Positions 1-12,109 of a stretch of 64,000 bases of DNA are shown here, one piece after another. Numbering within the stretch: position 1 is the stretch's first letter; each line of letters starts with the position of its first letter. Where the stretch lies: the NCBI GenBank assembly GCA_964016885.1, contig OZ024743.1:84506001-84570000 (forward strand). The letters are read 5' to 3'. The position numbers and the translations under genes were made by a program. The notes below the pieces were generated by a model that was given only the letters and a program-made list of their open reading frames with translations, did no database searches and was not told where the DNA came from. This stretch comes from Eledone cirrhosa (taxonomy: Eukaryota).

Positions 1-92
1 ATGGAGAATTGGTTGATGTATTTTCAGTTGATGTTGATGCAGTATTAGCTGTTGGGGTAACCTTCGTCAAAACAGCTGGATTAAAGGTCCAC
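1..92 (-). CDS. MIB1: MIB1 coding exon 8 (partial, runs off window)
   Basis: Acceptor ATTTTTAG|; (R)WTFNPAVLTKVTPTANTASTSTENTSTNSP. WTFNPAVLTK is the conserved MIB1 continuation. Confidence 0.93.
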
Positions 93-340
93 CTAAAAAT
101 GAAATCCATGAATAGTAGAAATGTAAAGACCATAAAATATACTGAATTACAACAGTAACAAGCTAGTTAAAGTTGGCCTCGGCAGGATTTCAACTCAGAA
201 GGTAAAGAGTGAAAACAAATACCACAAGGCATTATATCCAATGCTCTAACAATTCTGCCATTCCACCACCATAAATACCATCGCATTAATGACATTCTTC
301 ATTAACTGAAATACATCATATTTCATTAGGAATATGATCA

Positions 341-553
341 TTAGCCCTTTAGCATTTAAACCGGCCATATCCGGCCAGAATTCTCTTACCTCTTTCTGTT
401 CAAACTGGTTGCTCATACTGATGTTAAGGTATTGTTTTCAAAATAAATAATATCAAAATCTCATAGATTCGATATTATGTGAGATAATTATGTGAGCTAA
501 AGTCTTTACCGTGAAATAGTAAATATAGAGTAATGTAAATGCTGAAGGGTTAA
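341..553. mobile_element. TTAA-flanked MITE (piggyBac-like termini), copy 1
   Basis: Ends TTAGCCCTTTAGCATTTA..TAAATGCTGAAGGGTTAA; reverse complement of 856-1084. Confidence 0.8.
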
Positions 554-855
554 ATAAAGTACTAAAAAAAAAAACAAGTTAGAAGGGAGAATTGGTGAAG
601 ACCACATTGGCTTTAATCGCTAGAAGATCAAAACTGACCACTTGATGGAAGATGAGGAGGAGATCAATCAATCAATCAAGTTCCTATAGCAGATGCAGCC
701 AGGTTTTGGAGTGTCATTCTAGACGTTTGACTGTGTCCACCATAACATTTCAATGAGACTTAAATTGAACATAAAGGGGAGATAATCAGGGTAAACATTG
801 ATGTTCATAGTCAGGCATTATGGCAAGTCACCTCATTAATATGTATGGTCATGCT

Positions 856-1084
856 TTAACCCTTTAGCATTTACATTATTCTATATTTACTATTATATTT
901 TCATAGTAAAGGCTTTACCTCACATAATTATCTCACATAAGATCGAATCTATGAGATTTTGATATTATTTATTTTGAGAACAATATCTTAACATCAGTAT
1001 GAGCAACCAGTTACAGCCAATTTGAACAGAAAGAGGTAAGAGAATTCTGGCCAGATACAGCCAGTTTAAATGCTAAAGGGTTAA
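856..1084. mobile_element. TTAA-flanked MITE, copy 2 (inverted relative to copy 1)
   Basis: Perfect TIR TTAACCCTTTAGCATTTA..TAAATGCTAAAGGGTTAA. Confidence 0.85.
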
Positions 1085-1139
1085 ACCAATTTGTATATAT
1101 TCTGTTGTTGACTCCTGTCTCAACAAAGAGTCGTTGGAC

Positions 1140-1335
1140 AGATTTTCCGGACAAAACCAACATTCAAGAGACCCAGGGGTAGACCTCAAGCAAGATGGTT
1201 GGTTAACATCCATGAGCTCGGTTGGTCTCGCTTGGGGATCCAGCTGGATCAGTTGGGGACGATTGATTCTGACCAGACCTGCTGGAAGGAGTGTTTGAGG
1301 ACTCTGCCCCTCGACCCTCTCAGGTAGGAGGAGTA
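1140..1335 (+). mobile_element. RTE-like LINE 3' fragment (related copies at ~40020-40240 + and ~62583-62900 -)
   Basis: RPRGRPQARW motif and a shared 3' sequence GAGGACTCTGCCCC(T/A)CGACCCTC in the best-preserved copies. Confidence 0.7.
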
Positions 1336-1796
1336 GTCTCTATCATCACTCAGCTTAGCAAGAAATAACAGCAAAATATCCCTTAAAACACATATTACTA
1401 TTTTCAAGAGGAGACATTGAACAATGTAGTCTTGAATATAACAAAGACAGGATAATCACAACTGGAATATATTTTATCATAGATCATCATCAACATCATG
1501 ATCATTTATCATCCATTTCCCTCCTAGTAAGGGTTAGAAGGATAGTCACAAACTGAGACAGTTCTCAAGCAGAGTTACTGACTTCTCAGATGGGCCTGGG
1601 GCCAACATCTCATAAATATTCCCACACTCTACTGAGGGTGTTTTATCATAGCACCAACAATAAAGAGGTTGTCATGTTTTTGACAGAGCTGAAGAGTCTT
1701 CCAGATCCTTTGTTTGGCAGGTTTTCTACAACTACCCTTCCTACCTATTGCCACTAGGATATGACACTATTACCACTTTGGTACATTTCATCTTAC

Positions 1797-1873
1797 CTAT
1801 TGCCACTAGGATATGACACCACAATATCCCTGTCTTCATCAATACCAATCACAGTTCCTGTTGTTCCCAGACA
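1797..1873 (-). CDS. MIB1: MIB1 coding exon 7
   Basis: Acceptor TTTTCAG|; [25 protein letters not shown](R); donor AG|GTAAGA; 77 nt, phase 0 to 2. Confidence 0.95.
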
Positions 1874-2339
1874 CTGAAAACAGAAAATTATAAATAATTG
1901 CATACAATTATTATAAGTATATATAATAAATAGTATAATATAGTATATAGTAGATTATATAATTCATAATTGTTTCTACTTTTGGCACAAGGCCAGCAAT
2001 TACCTAGTGTATTACTGGTACTTTATTTTATCGACCCCGTAAGGATGAAAGGCAAAGTTAACCTCAGCAGGATTTGAACTCAGAATGGCAAGGGCCATAA
2101 CTCTATGCGTCAAAGCATGGCGTCCGACCCTCTACCGATACTGCCAATCCACCGATTATATAATACATAATATAATATAGTATATGCTGTAGATTGTATA
2201 ATATAGTATATATAATAGATAGCATAATATAGTATATGCAGTAATAGTATAATGTATTTTGTTAGACAGAAAGTTTCTGCCATTTTTGGAAAAGGAGGTA
2301 TTTTGGTAGAGTTTTGTGGAAATGTTGATGGTTGCGCAT

Positions 2340-3150
2340 ATGCACATATATAAGAAGTGATGTTGGTATGAACTATGTGCATTTCTCATTTTCTGTTTCA
2401 TCGTCAAAGGGGAAGCAACATGGATCTATCCAACTCGTTTATTCATGGCTGTTTATTTTATGACTTCAAATCTGGCCTAAACATAGCAGCATCAAGTCAT
2501 CACATTGACAATGCATTTGGGTCACACACCATGTCTGAACACAGTGCCAGGGACTGGTTCTCACACTTCCGTTCCGGTGATTACAGTCTTGAAGATGGAC
2601 TTCACACAAGACGTCCATCTGACTTCAATGACAAGCAACTGTGTAAGCTGGTGGAAGTCGACTCATGCCAGACATCAATTCTCGAGGGTGTTTGGGCTAT
2701 CAAAAACAACCATCTTCAATCACTTGCATGCAATAGGGAAGGTCTCCAAGCTGAACCAATAGGTGCCCCGTAATATCACTGAACATAATTGTGAATGGTG
2801 AGCAGCAGCTGCGACTTCTCTGCTCTCCTACCATCGCACAACCAACTGGTTACATTCGATTGTCACTGGTGATGAAAAATTGTGTCTCTACATTAATTTC
2901 AAGTGCAAGCAATCGTGAGTTGATAAAGAGTGTGTGCCAGAATGGCAAGCAAAGGCTAGCCTCCACCCTTGCAAGGCCATACTGAGCGTCTGGTGGGACT
3001 GGAGAAGTGTCATTCACTAGGAGCTGTTCACATTGAACACCAGCATAACCTCTGACATCTATTACCAACAACTTGACAGATAAGTGGCAAAAATCACACA
3101 GGTGCACCCACACTATGGACTATTTGGTAACAGGTTGCACAGAAAAAATA
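2340..3150 (+). pseudogene. Decayed mariner transposase (Mos1/SETMAR-like)
   Basis: HTH region LFYDFKSG..IDNAFG..ARDWFSHFRSGDYSLED..RPS; IVTGDEK at ~2858; VWWDWRSVIH; multiple stops and frameshifts. Confidence 0.85.
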
Positions 3151-3864
3151 AAAACTTATTTTCTCAGTTTACTGACTATCATGGTCTACCTTATTTTGAG
3201 TTGAGTCACATTTACAGTATAAATGTAATGTAATAATTAAATTAATAATAAAATTATAAATTGTATTGGTTATTGTTTTGTTATGCGCATGACCACTGAC
3301 CATGGAGAAATTGTCTTGCACGACACAGGTCCGTGAATAACAAAGTTGAGGACTGCTGGTATAATATTATATTACAATTCCAGCAAAACATGCTGTTAAT
3401 TTGGATTTAATAATTGTAACATTTATTCTTCTATATTTTTACTGATTTCAGTCATTAGACAGTGACCATGCTGGAGCACTGACATAAAGGGATTTAGTTG
3501 ATGATATCATGATCAGTACATGACTGGTACTTTATTTCGTATCCACCCCAAAAAGATGAAAGGCAAAATTGACCACGACCAGATTTGAAATCAGAATGCA
3601 AAGGGCAGTAACTAAATGCCACAAAGCACTTTGTCCAGCACAGTAATTATTCTGGCCAGGTAGAAAGAAGAGAGGATGATGATATGAATAATTGTTTCTA
3701 CATTTAGTACAAGGTCAGCAATTTGAAGGGAAGGGGAAAGTCAATTAAATTGCCCCTAGTGCGTTACTGGTGCTTTATTTTATCAACCCCTGTAAGGATG
3801 AAAGGCAAAGTTAACCTTGGTAGAATTTGAATGCAATAATATGAATAATGATAATAAAACTTAC

Positions 3865-4007
3865 CTCAAACATTCCATCTGTCCATCCACCATGTCCATG
3901 TTGCAGTGACTGAACTATCTCAAGGTCAAGATCAACATTGACCAAGTCATTGATAGCAAGGCCACCAACTCCTGACCGTGAACCAACAGCCGGTTCTCCT
4001 GTCACAC
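3865..4007 (-). CDS. MIB1: MIB1 coding exon 6 (Mib repeat 1)
   Basis: Acceptor TTTTAG|; (G)[47 protein letters not shown]; donor GAG|GTAAGT; 143 nt, phase 1 to 0. Confidence 0.95.
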
Positions 4008-4071
4008 CTAAAAGCAAAAATAACAAATCATCATCATCACCATTTAATGTGTATTTTCCATACTGGCATGG

Positions 4072-4541
4072 GTTAGACAGACTGTTGAGCATCCAGCCAT
4101 AGAAAACCTGCCAGCTTAGACAGTTTGTCGGGCATCCAGCCATAGAAAACCTGCCAGGTTAGACAGATGGCTAGGCATCCAGCCATAGAAAACCTGCCAG
4201 GTTAGACAGATGGCTAGGCATCCAGCCATAGAAAACCTGCCAGGTTAGACAGATGGCTAGGCATCCAGCCATAGAAAACCTGCCAGGTTAGACAGATGGT
4301 CAAGAATCCAGCCATAGAAAACCTGCCGGGTTAGACAGATGGTCAAGAATCCAGCCAGAGAAAACTTGCCAGCTTAGACAGACTGTCAGGGATCCAGCCA
4401 TAGAAAGCCTGCCAGGTGAGACAGATTGTTGGACATCCAGTCATAGAAAACCTGCCAGGTTAGACAGATGGTCAGGCATCCAGCCATAGAAAACCTGCCG
4501 GGTGAGACAGATTGTTGGAATCCAGTCATAGAAAACCTGCC
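4072..4541. repeat. 43-bp minisatellite, ~11 copies
   Basis: Unit CATCCAGCCATAGAAAACCTGCCAGGTTAGACAGATGGCTAGG. Confidence 0.95.
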
Positions 4542-5116
4542 GAATAATGGGTTGCGAGGACTATTCAACTGTGTCAAACACATAACAACCTCCCCAGTGT
4601 TGCTTCCCTGATAAAATGTACCTGGTCGGTTGTGGAAACATTTCTAAGCAAGATATGAGCCCACCCAATCACTCAGTAGAGTATGGGAACATGAAAATGG
4701 GACACAGACATCCCAGCCTATCTGAGAAGTCAGTAGTTCTACTTGAGATCTGACTCAGTCTGTGAAAACCTGTCCAGCCTTTGCTAGCAGAGAAATCGGA
4801 CATTAGATGATGATGATGCTAGATTGGTCAAGTCACTATGTCTTGCTCATGCAATCCATTATTTGGCTTGGTTTCTATGGCTGGAAGCCCTTCCTAATTC
4901 CAACCACTTTACAGAGCATACTGGGAACATTTTATCATGACTCCAATACTACCACCTTACTGCATGTACGTGGAGCATTTTATTATGACTCCGTTACTAC
5001 TACTTTATAATGTGTATTAGGAGCATTTCATCATGACTTAAGCACTACTGTCTTACAGTGTGTACTGAGAGCTTTTTATCATGACACCAGCACTACCACT
5101 TTATAGTATGTACATT

Positions 5117-5385
5117 ATTTTCACGCTCAGAGTTGCTGAAGCATGGAACAAACTACCTGCATCAGTTATTAGCTACCGAGACACTGCATCCTTTAAAACC
5201 TCCATGCTTCCTGAGATTTGCCAACACTACACCTAATATTCCCCCTCCATACACACGCACACATGTATATCATGACTCATACACTATTCACTTCTTTGAC
5301 ATTTGTATATTATTCTATGTACTATACATGCACCTTTGACGAGTTGTAGTGCATCTGAGCACTGTACACAATAATTTCATTATTT
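5117..5385 (+). mobile_element. Short CR1/L2-type 3' tail fragment
   Basis: TTTTCACGCTCAGAGTTGCTGAAGCATGGAACAAACTACC..GAGCACTGTACACAATAATTTCATTAT, matching the other copies. Confidence 0.85.
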
Positions 5386-5469
5386 TTTTCTTTTTTAATA
5401 GTTCACTCTGGTCTTGGACCGTAACAACTTGTCCAACCCATGCATGTGTGAAAAGTATGTGTAAAAAAT

Positions 5470-5657
5470 AATTGTTTCTACTTTTGGCACAAGACCAGCA
5501 ATTACCCCAGTGCATTACTGGTACTTTATTTTATCGACCCTGTAAGGATGAAAGGCAAAGTGAACCTTGGCGGGATTTGAACTCAGACCGTAAAGGGACA
5601 TAACTATGCTGGAAAGCATGGCGTCCGATTCTCTACCGATACTGCCAATCCACCGCC
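5470..5657 (-). mobile_element. tRNA-derived SINE with MetaSINE-like core (representative copy)
   Basis: Box-B-like GAGTTCAAATCC and core GCCTTTCATCCTTAC(A/G)GGGTCGATAAAATAAAGTACCAG. Other copies at ~1968-2153, 3510-3835, 8340-8660, 46110-46265, 49572-49753, 54520-54650, 55110-55335, 55595-55805 and 61030-61142. Confidence 0.85.
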
Positions 5658-6774
5658 TCTAGGTGTAAAAAATAATGATTGTTAACATGTACTGAGAGTA
5701 TTTTATCATGACTGGGGTGTTCTCTATGGGCTTTGGACCTTTTAAAATATTTATATTTAAGATACGATAATATATACATGTGGACCATTAAGATGTTCTC
5801 TATGGGCCTCGGATCTTTTCAAATTTCTATATCTAAGATATGATTAGATATAATATACATAAGCATGGGAAAGCAGCCATAAAAGAATGATAGGCTCAAA
5901 TACATAAACAACAGGCTCAAACACAACAACAGGCTCAAATTCAACAACAAGCACCAATACAACGAGATATTCAAATACAAAAACTTGTCTAACCCATGCT
6001 AGCGTGGGAAATGAATGTTAAACGAAGACGATGATAACAAGAGTCTCCAATACAAAAGCACACTATTCCAATACAACAAGCTCTAATACAACAACTACAA
6101 CAACATGCTCCAATACAAGAAGAATAAGAAGCTCCAATACAGCAACAACAATAACAACAAGCCTCCAATACAAGTCAACATTGTATTTCTAATTAGGTTA
6201 TATTGTGACAGAACACTTCAAGCTATTTTATGTTTTGTCTAAGGGTGTGTGTGCATTTGTGCATGTATGTTTGAGTATGTGTATGGTGTGTGTATATGTA
6301 TGTGTGTGTGCACGTGCATTTGTGCATGTATGTTTATATGTGTATATAGTGATATATGTGTGTGTATATATATATATATATATGCATATATGTGTCATCA
6401 TCATCATTACCGTTTAACAGCAATTTTAAACAGTGATAATGATGATGACACATACACACATAAATACACATATATGCATGTGTATGTGTGTATATAGATA
6501 TGTGTGTGTGTCATCATCATCATCATCACCCTTTAATGTCCATTTAAACGGTGATTATGACACATACACACACATATATCTGTGAGTATGTATGTGTATG
6601 TGTATGTATGTATTTGTGCATATGTATGTGTGTATGTATATGTGTGTATGTATGTGTATATATGCACGTGTGTTAAACATCTGACTGTTATTAATCCCAT
6701 CAACTATATCAACTCATTCTTTGTTTTACATCCTCTGGCTATACAGAGACAAACAAACACTCAGCTGCTACTAT

Positions 6775-7010
6775 TGATGATGATGATCATGATCATGATG
6801 GTGGTGGTGGTGGTGGTGATTGTGGTGTGGTGGTAGTGATGATGGTTGTGGTGGTGGTGGTGACAGAGATGGTGGTGGTGGTGACAGAGATGGTGGTAGT
6901 GGTGGCAGAGATGGTGGTAGTGGTGGTAGAGATGACGGTGGTGGTGGTGATGGTGGTAGTAGTGATGGTGGTAGTAGTGATGGTGGTGTTGGTGATGATG
7001 ATGATGATAA
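6775..7010. repeat. (GGT)/(GAT) compound microsatellite
   Basis: Read directly. Confidence 0.9.
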
Positions 7011-7808
7011 TAATAAAGTGCTCAGGTGCACTACAACTCGTCAAAGGTGCATGTATAGTACATAGAATAATACACAAATGTCAGGGAAGTGAATAGTGTA
7101 TAATTCATGATATACATGTGTGTATGTGTATGGAGAGGGAACATTAGCTGTAGTGTTGGCGAATCTCGGGAAGCATGGAGGCCTTAAAGGATGCAGTGTC
7201 TCGGCAGCTAATAACTGATGCAGGTAGTTTGTTCCATGCTTCAGCAATTCTGAGCGTGAAAAAATGTTTCCGAAAGTCATGGGAACTGTACTGTTTTCTG
7301 ACTTTGTGGGCATGCCCACGTGTGTTAGACACATGGAAATCAAAAAGGTACTCAGGGTTGTTGTTGGCAAGATGGTTAACAATTTTGTGGGTGTTTATCA
7401 AGTCAGTTGCCAGGCGTTGGAGCTTCAATGTATCCATGCCCAGGGAAGCAAGGCGCTCAGAGTATGGTAGATGCCTGATGGAGGGTATTCGCTTGGTTGC
7501 ACGTCTCTGAACAATTTCCAGGCGGTCAATGTTCTGAGCAAGATAGGGGTTCCAGACTGGTGATGCAAATTCTAAGTGTGGCCGCACCATAGCCATGTAC
7601 AGCCTTAAATAGATATCTGGAGAGCGGCTGACAAAGGTCTTGCTGAGTGATGCTAAGACACCCTTGGCCTCCTTGACAATTTTAGAGACGTGCTTCGTCC
7701 AACGCAAATCGCTGCTGGCTGTAATGCCCAGGTCACGTTCACAAGAAGACTTCTTGATATTAGTGCTGTGGAGGGAGTATGTGGATGCTGGGTTTTACTC
7801 CCAAAATG
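7008..7808 (-). mobile_element. CR1/L2-type LINE 3' fragment, same family as 10700-11740
   Basis: 187-aa ORF with VRPHLEFASPVWNP and WNKLP, plus the same 3' UTR. Confidence 0.92.
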
Positions 7809-8129
7809 ATGATGATGATATCCGCTCATTTTTTTTTTTACAGCCTCTGGCCATACAGACAGACAGACAGACAAACAAATACCTAACTGCTACTATTGTT
7901 ATTGATGTTGCTGATGTTGTTGTTGTTGTTGTTATGATAACAGAGCAACATTTCCTAGAACATCAAAAGTTAATCTATGTATAACATAAGATGTGAAGGC
8001 CAAACATTGAACAAAAACACTTGTAAGGTATCACTGATTCCAGTAAACCTGTCAACAACTTTACATCAGAACCACTGGAGACTAAACTATATGGCCTACA
8101 ACTATATACCATGAGCAGCATTGCTGTGA

Positions 8130-8305
8130 CTACTACTACTGCTACTGCTGCTGCAGCTGATACTACTACTACTACTAATATTCCTGCTGTTGCTACTACT
8201 ACTACTACTGCTGTTGCTGCTACTACTGCTGCTGCAACTACTACTACTACTACTGCTGCTGCTGCTATTACTAATACTACTACTATTGCTACTACTACTA
8301 CTATT
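8130..8305. repeat. (CTA)/(CTG) compound microsatellite
   Basis: Read directly. Confidence 0.9.
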
Positions 8306-8769
8306 GGATTGACTGTATCTGTAGAGATAGATCACTAGATAAGGAGAAAATGCTTTGTGGTATTAGTTATGGCTCATTAGGTTCTGAGTTCAAATCCTAT
8401 GAAAGTCAACTTTGCCTTTCATCTTTATAGGGTGGAGTATGGATCAAGAAAATAAAATATAGTTTAAGTATTGAGGTCAATATAATTGAGTTATAGCCCT
8501 TTACATTCTGAGTTCAAATCCTGTTGAAGTAAGCTTTGCCTTTCATCCTTATGAGGGCGATAAAATGAAGTACCAGTAATGCACTGGGGTCAATTTAATC
8601 AACTTTCCCCTCCCCCCAAAATTGTTGACCTTGCACCTAAATCAGAAACCATTATTATTATTGTTCTTTTAACTGGAAGAGCTAACTGAACATTCCAGTG
8701 ATTGCCCCGACAACAATATCCCAGTAACTGTAAGAGACAGACAATCCAAGTGTTACCCTGACAACTATA

Positions 8770-9545
8770 TCCCAGCATATTACAGTGCTACACTCCTACA
8801 AATGAACATGAGGATCTCAACAAAGATGCGTTCTATCAGCAACTTCAGGACACAATCAACATGATACCTCATCATGATATTGCCATCATCATGGGAGTTT
8901 GAGCATGTCCTGGATCCTTATGGGTTAGACAGTGCAATGAACACCATGAAGATCAGATCATTCCTCTTTTAACATAAGTCCATCCATAAGATTACATAGA
9001 CTTCCAACGACCATAAGACAAAGACCCAGACAAACAACTTAGCAACTGGACCTGAATGGAGAAGACTCTGTTTGCAAGATGTTAGAGTATATCAAAACCC
9101 TAAAAAATATTATGTCTTCAAGTATGGCCGGCATCACTGCAGAGATGCTCAAAGGTGGAGGGGAATAAGTCACCATATGGATGTGTCAGTTATGCAACTA
9201 GATCTGGAATACAGGTAAGGTACCAGAGACTTCATCACCAAAAGAGAAGTCTGTCAACAAACCCACTAACAATGTGAGTGTCTAATATCATGCGCAAGCG
9301 TCAACTTGGCTGGTTAGGACACGTCACCAAACTTTCAAATGAGAGATGCTAATCAGGTCCTATAATGGTAGCCCCCATGGAAAGAGGCAAAAGGGACGTC
9401 CCAAGATGAACTGGCTACAGACATTGACAGAGACCTGAAACTCGTCAACAAAGGTTAGAATGATATATTGATAGATGCAACTGACTGTGGTCATTGGAAC
9501 ACTTTGGCTGTCTCATGCATCTTAAGACACAGAAGCTTCTAAGTA
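8770..9545 (+). mobile_element. Decayed, internally deleted RTE-like LINE
   Basis: Fragments KDAFYQQLQDTINMIPHHDIAIIMG (APE), ITAEMLKGGG..WMCQLCN (pre-RT) and MRKRQLGWLGHV..KRQKGRPK (C-terminus), with stops and frameshifts. Confidence 0.75.
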
Positions 9546-10699
9546 AAACTTAATTTCTTAAGTTATCTCCCCTTTTTTTTTTCACTGATTAACAATTGCC
9601 ACCAGGTTTTTTTGTTTCATCATCATCATCATCACTATTTTCCCATCACTATTTTCCATGCTTACTTGGGTTAGATGGGTTGTCACATTATGAGGTTAGA
9701 CAGATCAAGTCTTGTTCATATGCTCCTTTTTTGGTTTAGTTTTCTATGTTTGGATGCCCTTTCTAACATCATCCAAATTTTACTGTGTACCAGGAGCGTT
9801 TTTTGTGCCACCGGCACTACTACCTTACAGTGTGAGAGGAGTGCTTTAAATGTAGCACCAGTGCTACCACCTTACAGGCTAGACTGGGTGCTTTTGGTTA
9901 TGGCACTAGTACAACCACCTTACAGCGTGTACTGGAGATTGTTCATGACACCAGTACTACCACTTTACAGGAAAAACTAGGTTCTTTTAAAATAAATTCT
10001 ATATAACCAATGACTGTATTGGAATAAGGACATTGAAGAAGGATGATACAACATTAACAACTTAATCATAATACCATCTATACCAACCCAATAAAAACTT
10101 GGCTTTGGTTCAATGAAATAAAACCACACATTTTAAAAGGTTCCGATATGAATTGAAACTTTCCATCAAAGTTTTATATAAGAACCTTTTGTTTAATTAT
10201 GTTACAAATGAAAAATGAAATAAAATTAAATTTACAGCTCACACCTATGTAGGTTTAACTGGCCTACAAGGAAGGGGTTCTTCGGTGTTTTAATGATAGG
10301 GCCTCTTATTATGAAAAGCAAAGTGATATGGAGCATTTTTCTCAAGAAAACAATGTGTCACCTAATCCAGGAATAAAACATGCAATCTTATGATCATGTG
10401 TCTACCACCCTAACCACAAGGTCTCACACCATTTTAATAATGTCTAGTCTAAAGTCTGTCTCAAGCCAGAAGGTTGGTTACGCCGGTACTTATCCCAGTT
10501 TTGTAGCATGAAGCGACTGAGAGTACAAAACTCCCTACTGGACAGGACGCCAGTCCATCATGGGGTTAAAGGTCAGCTGTTGCTGGTACTTAGTTTCAGC
10601 TGAGTATACTGGAGCAATGTGGAATGAACACAACACACAACACAGGAATCAAAATCATGACATTATATGATCGTAAGTCCAACACCCTTACCACTAGGC

Positions 10700-11740
10700 C
10701 ACGCACCTCCACATCTACAATCAGACCTGGACACAATGCAGCAATGGATCACAGACTGGCAACTGAAGCTGGCTGTGGACAAGTGTACCACCATGCATTT
10801 TGGAAGGAAAAATCCAGCGTCCACATACTCCCTCCACAACACTGACATCAAAAAGTCCTCTTGTGAACGTGACCTGGGCATTACTGTCAGCAACGATTTG
10901 CGTTGGACAAAGCATGTCTCTAAGATTGTCAAGAAGGCCGAGGGTGTCTTGGCATCACTCAGCAAGACCTTTGTTAGCCGCTCTCCAGCCATCTATTTAA
11001 AACTGTATACAGCTATGGTGCGACCACACTTGGAATTCGCATCATCAGTCTGGAACCCCTATCTTGCTCGGAACATTGACCTCCTGGAAACTGTTCAGAG
11101 ACGTGCAACCAAGCGCATACCCTCCATCAGACACCTACCATACTCTGAACGCCTTGCTTCCCTGGGCATGGATTCATTGAAGCTCCGACGTCTGGCAGTG
11201 GACTTGGTGAATACCCACAAAGTTTTTAACCATCTCGCCAACTGCAACCCTGAGCGCCTCTTTGATCTCCATGTATCTAACACACGTGGACATGCCTACA
11301 AGATAAGAAAACAGCACAGCTCCCATGACTTTCGCAGACATTTTTTCACGCTCAGAGTTGCTGAAACATGGAACAAACTGCCTGCGTCAATTGTTAGCTG
11401 CCGAGACACTGCATCCTTTAAGACACTCATGCTTCCCGAAATACGCCAAAACTACACCTGATGTGCCCCTTCCATACACATGCACACATGTGTGCACTGT
11501 TCATTTTACTGATGTTTGTGCATTGCCCTATGTACTGTACATGCACTTTTTTGATGGGTTGTGGTGCACCTGGGCACTGTGCACAATATTTCATTATTGT
11601 TATTGTTATTATATCATGACTCATACACTGTTTATTTTCCTGACATTTGTACATTATTCTATGTACTATACATGCACCTTTGATGAGTTGTAGTGCACCT
11701 GAGCACTGTACACAATAATTTCATTATTATTATTATTATC
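10700..11740 (+). mobile_element. CR1/L2-type LINE 3' fragment with duplicated 3' UTR and (ATT)n tail
   Basis: LQSDLDTMQQW..KCTTMHFG..ERDLGI..LYTAMVRPHLEFASSVWNP..VQRRATK..FFTLRVAETWNKLP. Confidence 0.92.
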
Positions 11741-12013
11741 TTAATAATGAAACAATAATTTTAGTAAATCTCTCCAAATTCTATATTAATTAAATAAAAT
11801 AGTGTATTTTGTTAGGAATACAGTGATGGAAGTGTTAAGGAATGTTACACAGAAAGTTATGCAGAAGTAGTTTTAGTACAGTTGGTATTGGTGGAGATAG
11901 GAATTACACATAAATATAAAGAATACATAAAAAAAAAAACTAAAATGTAAAAACAGAAAAAGATTTTGCAAATAAGCTCTGAGGAGTTCCAAAGAATTTG
12001 AAAAACATCTTAC

Positions 12014-12080
12014 CTAAAAGAGGTAAATGGTCTCGATAAAAGGAACCACCTTTGGCATCATTCATCACTTTCAAATCAGC
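12014..12080 (-). CDS. MIB1: MIB1 coding exon 5
   Basis: Acceptor TTTCAG|; ADLKVMNDAKGGSFYRDHLPLL(G); donor G|GTAAGA; 67 nt, phase 0 to 1. Confidence 0.95.
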
Positions 12081-12109
12081 CTGAAAGTGAAATAGAAAAA
12101 TAATAATAA

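Noticed and set aside
6205-7096. Low-complexity ORFs (poly-V/P/T/G, CVY repeats), also at 8102-8338, 44560-44845, 48646-49041 and 60253-60564
   Set aside because: Translations of microsatellites.
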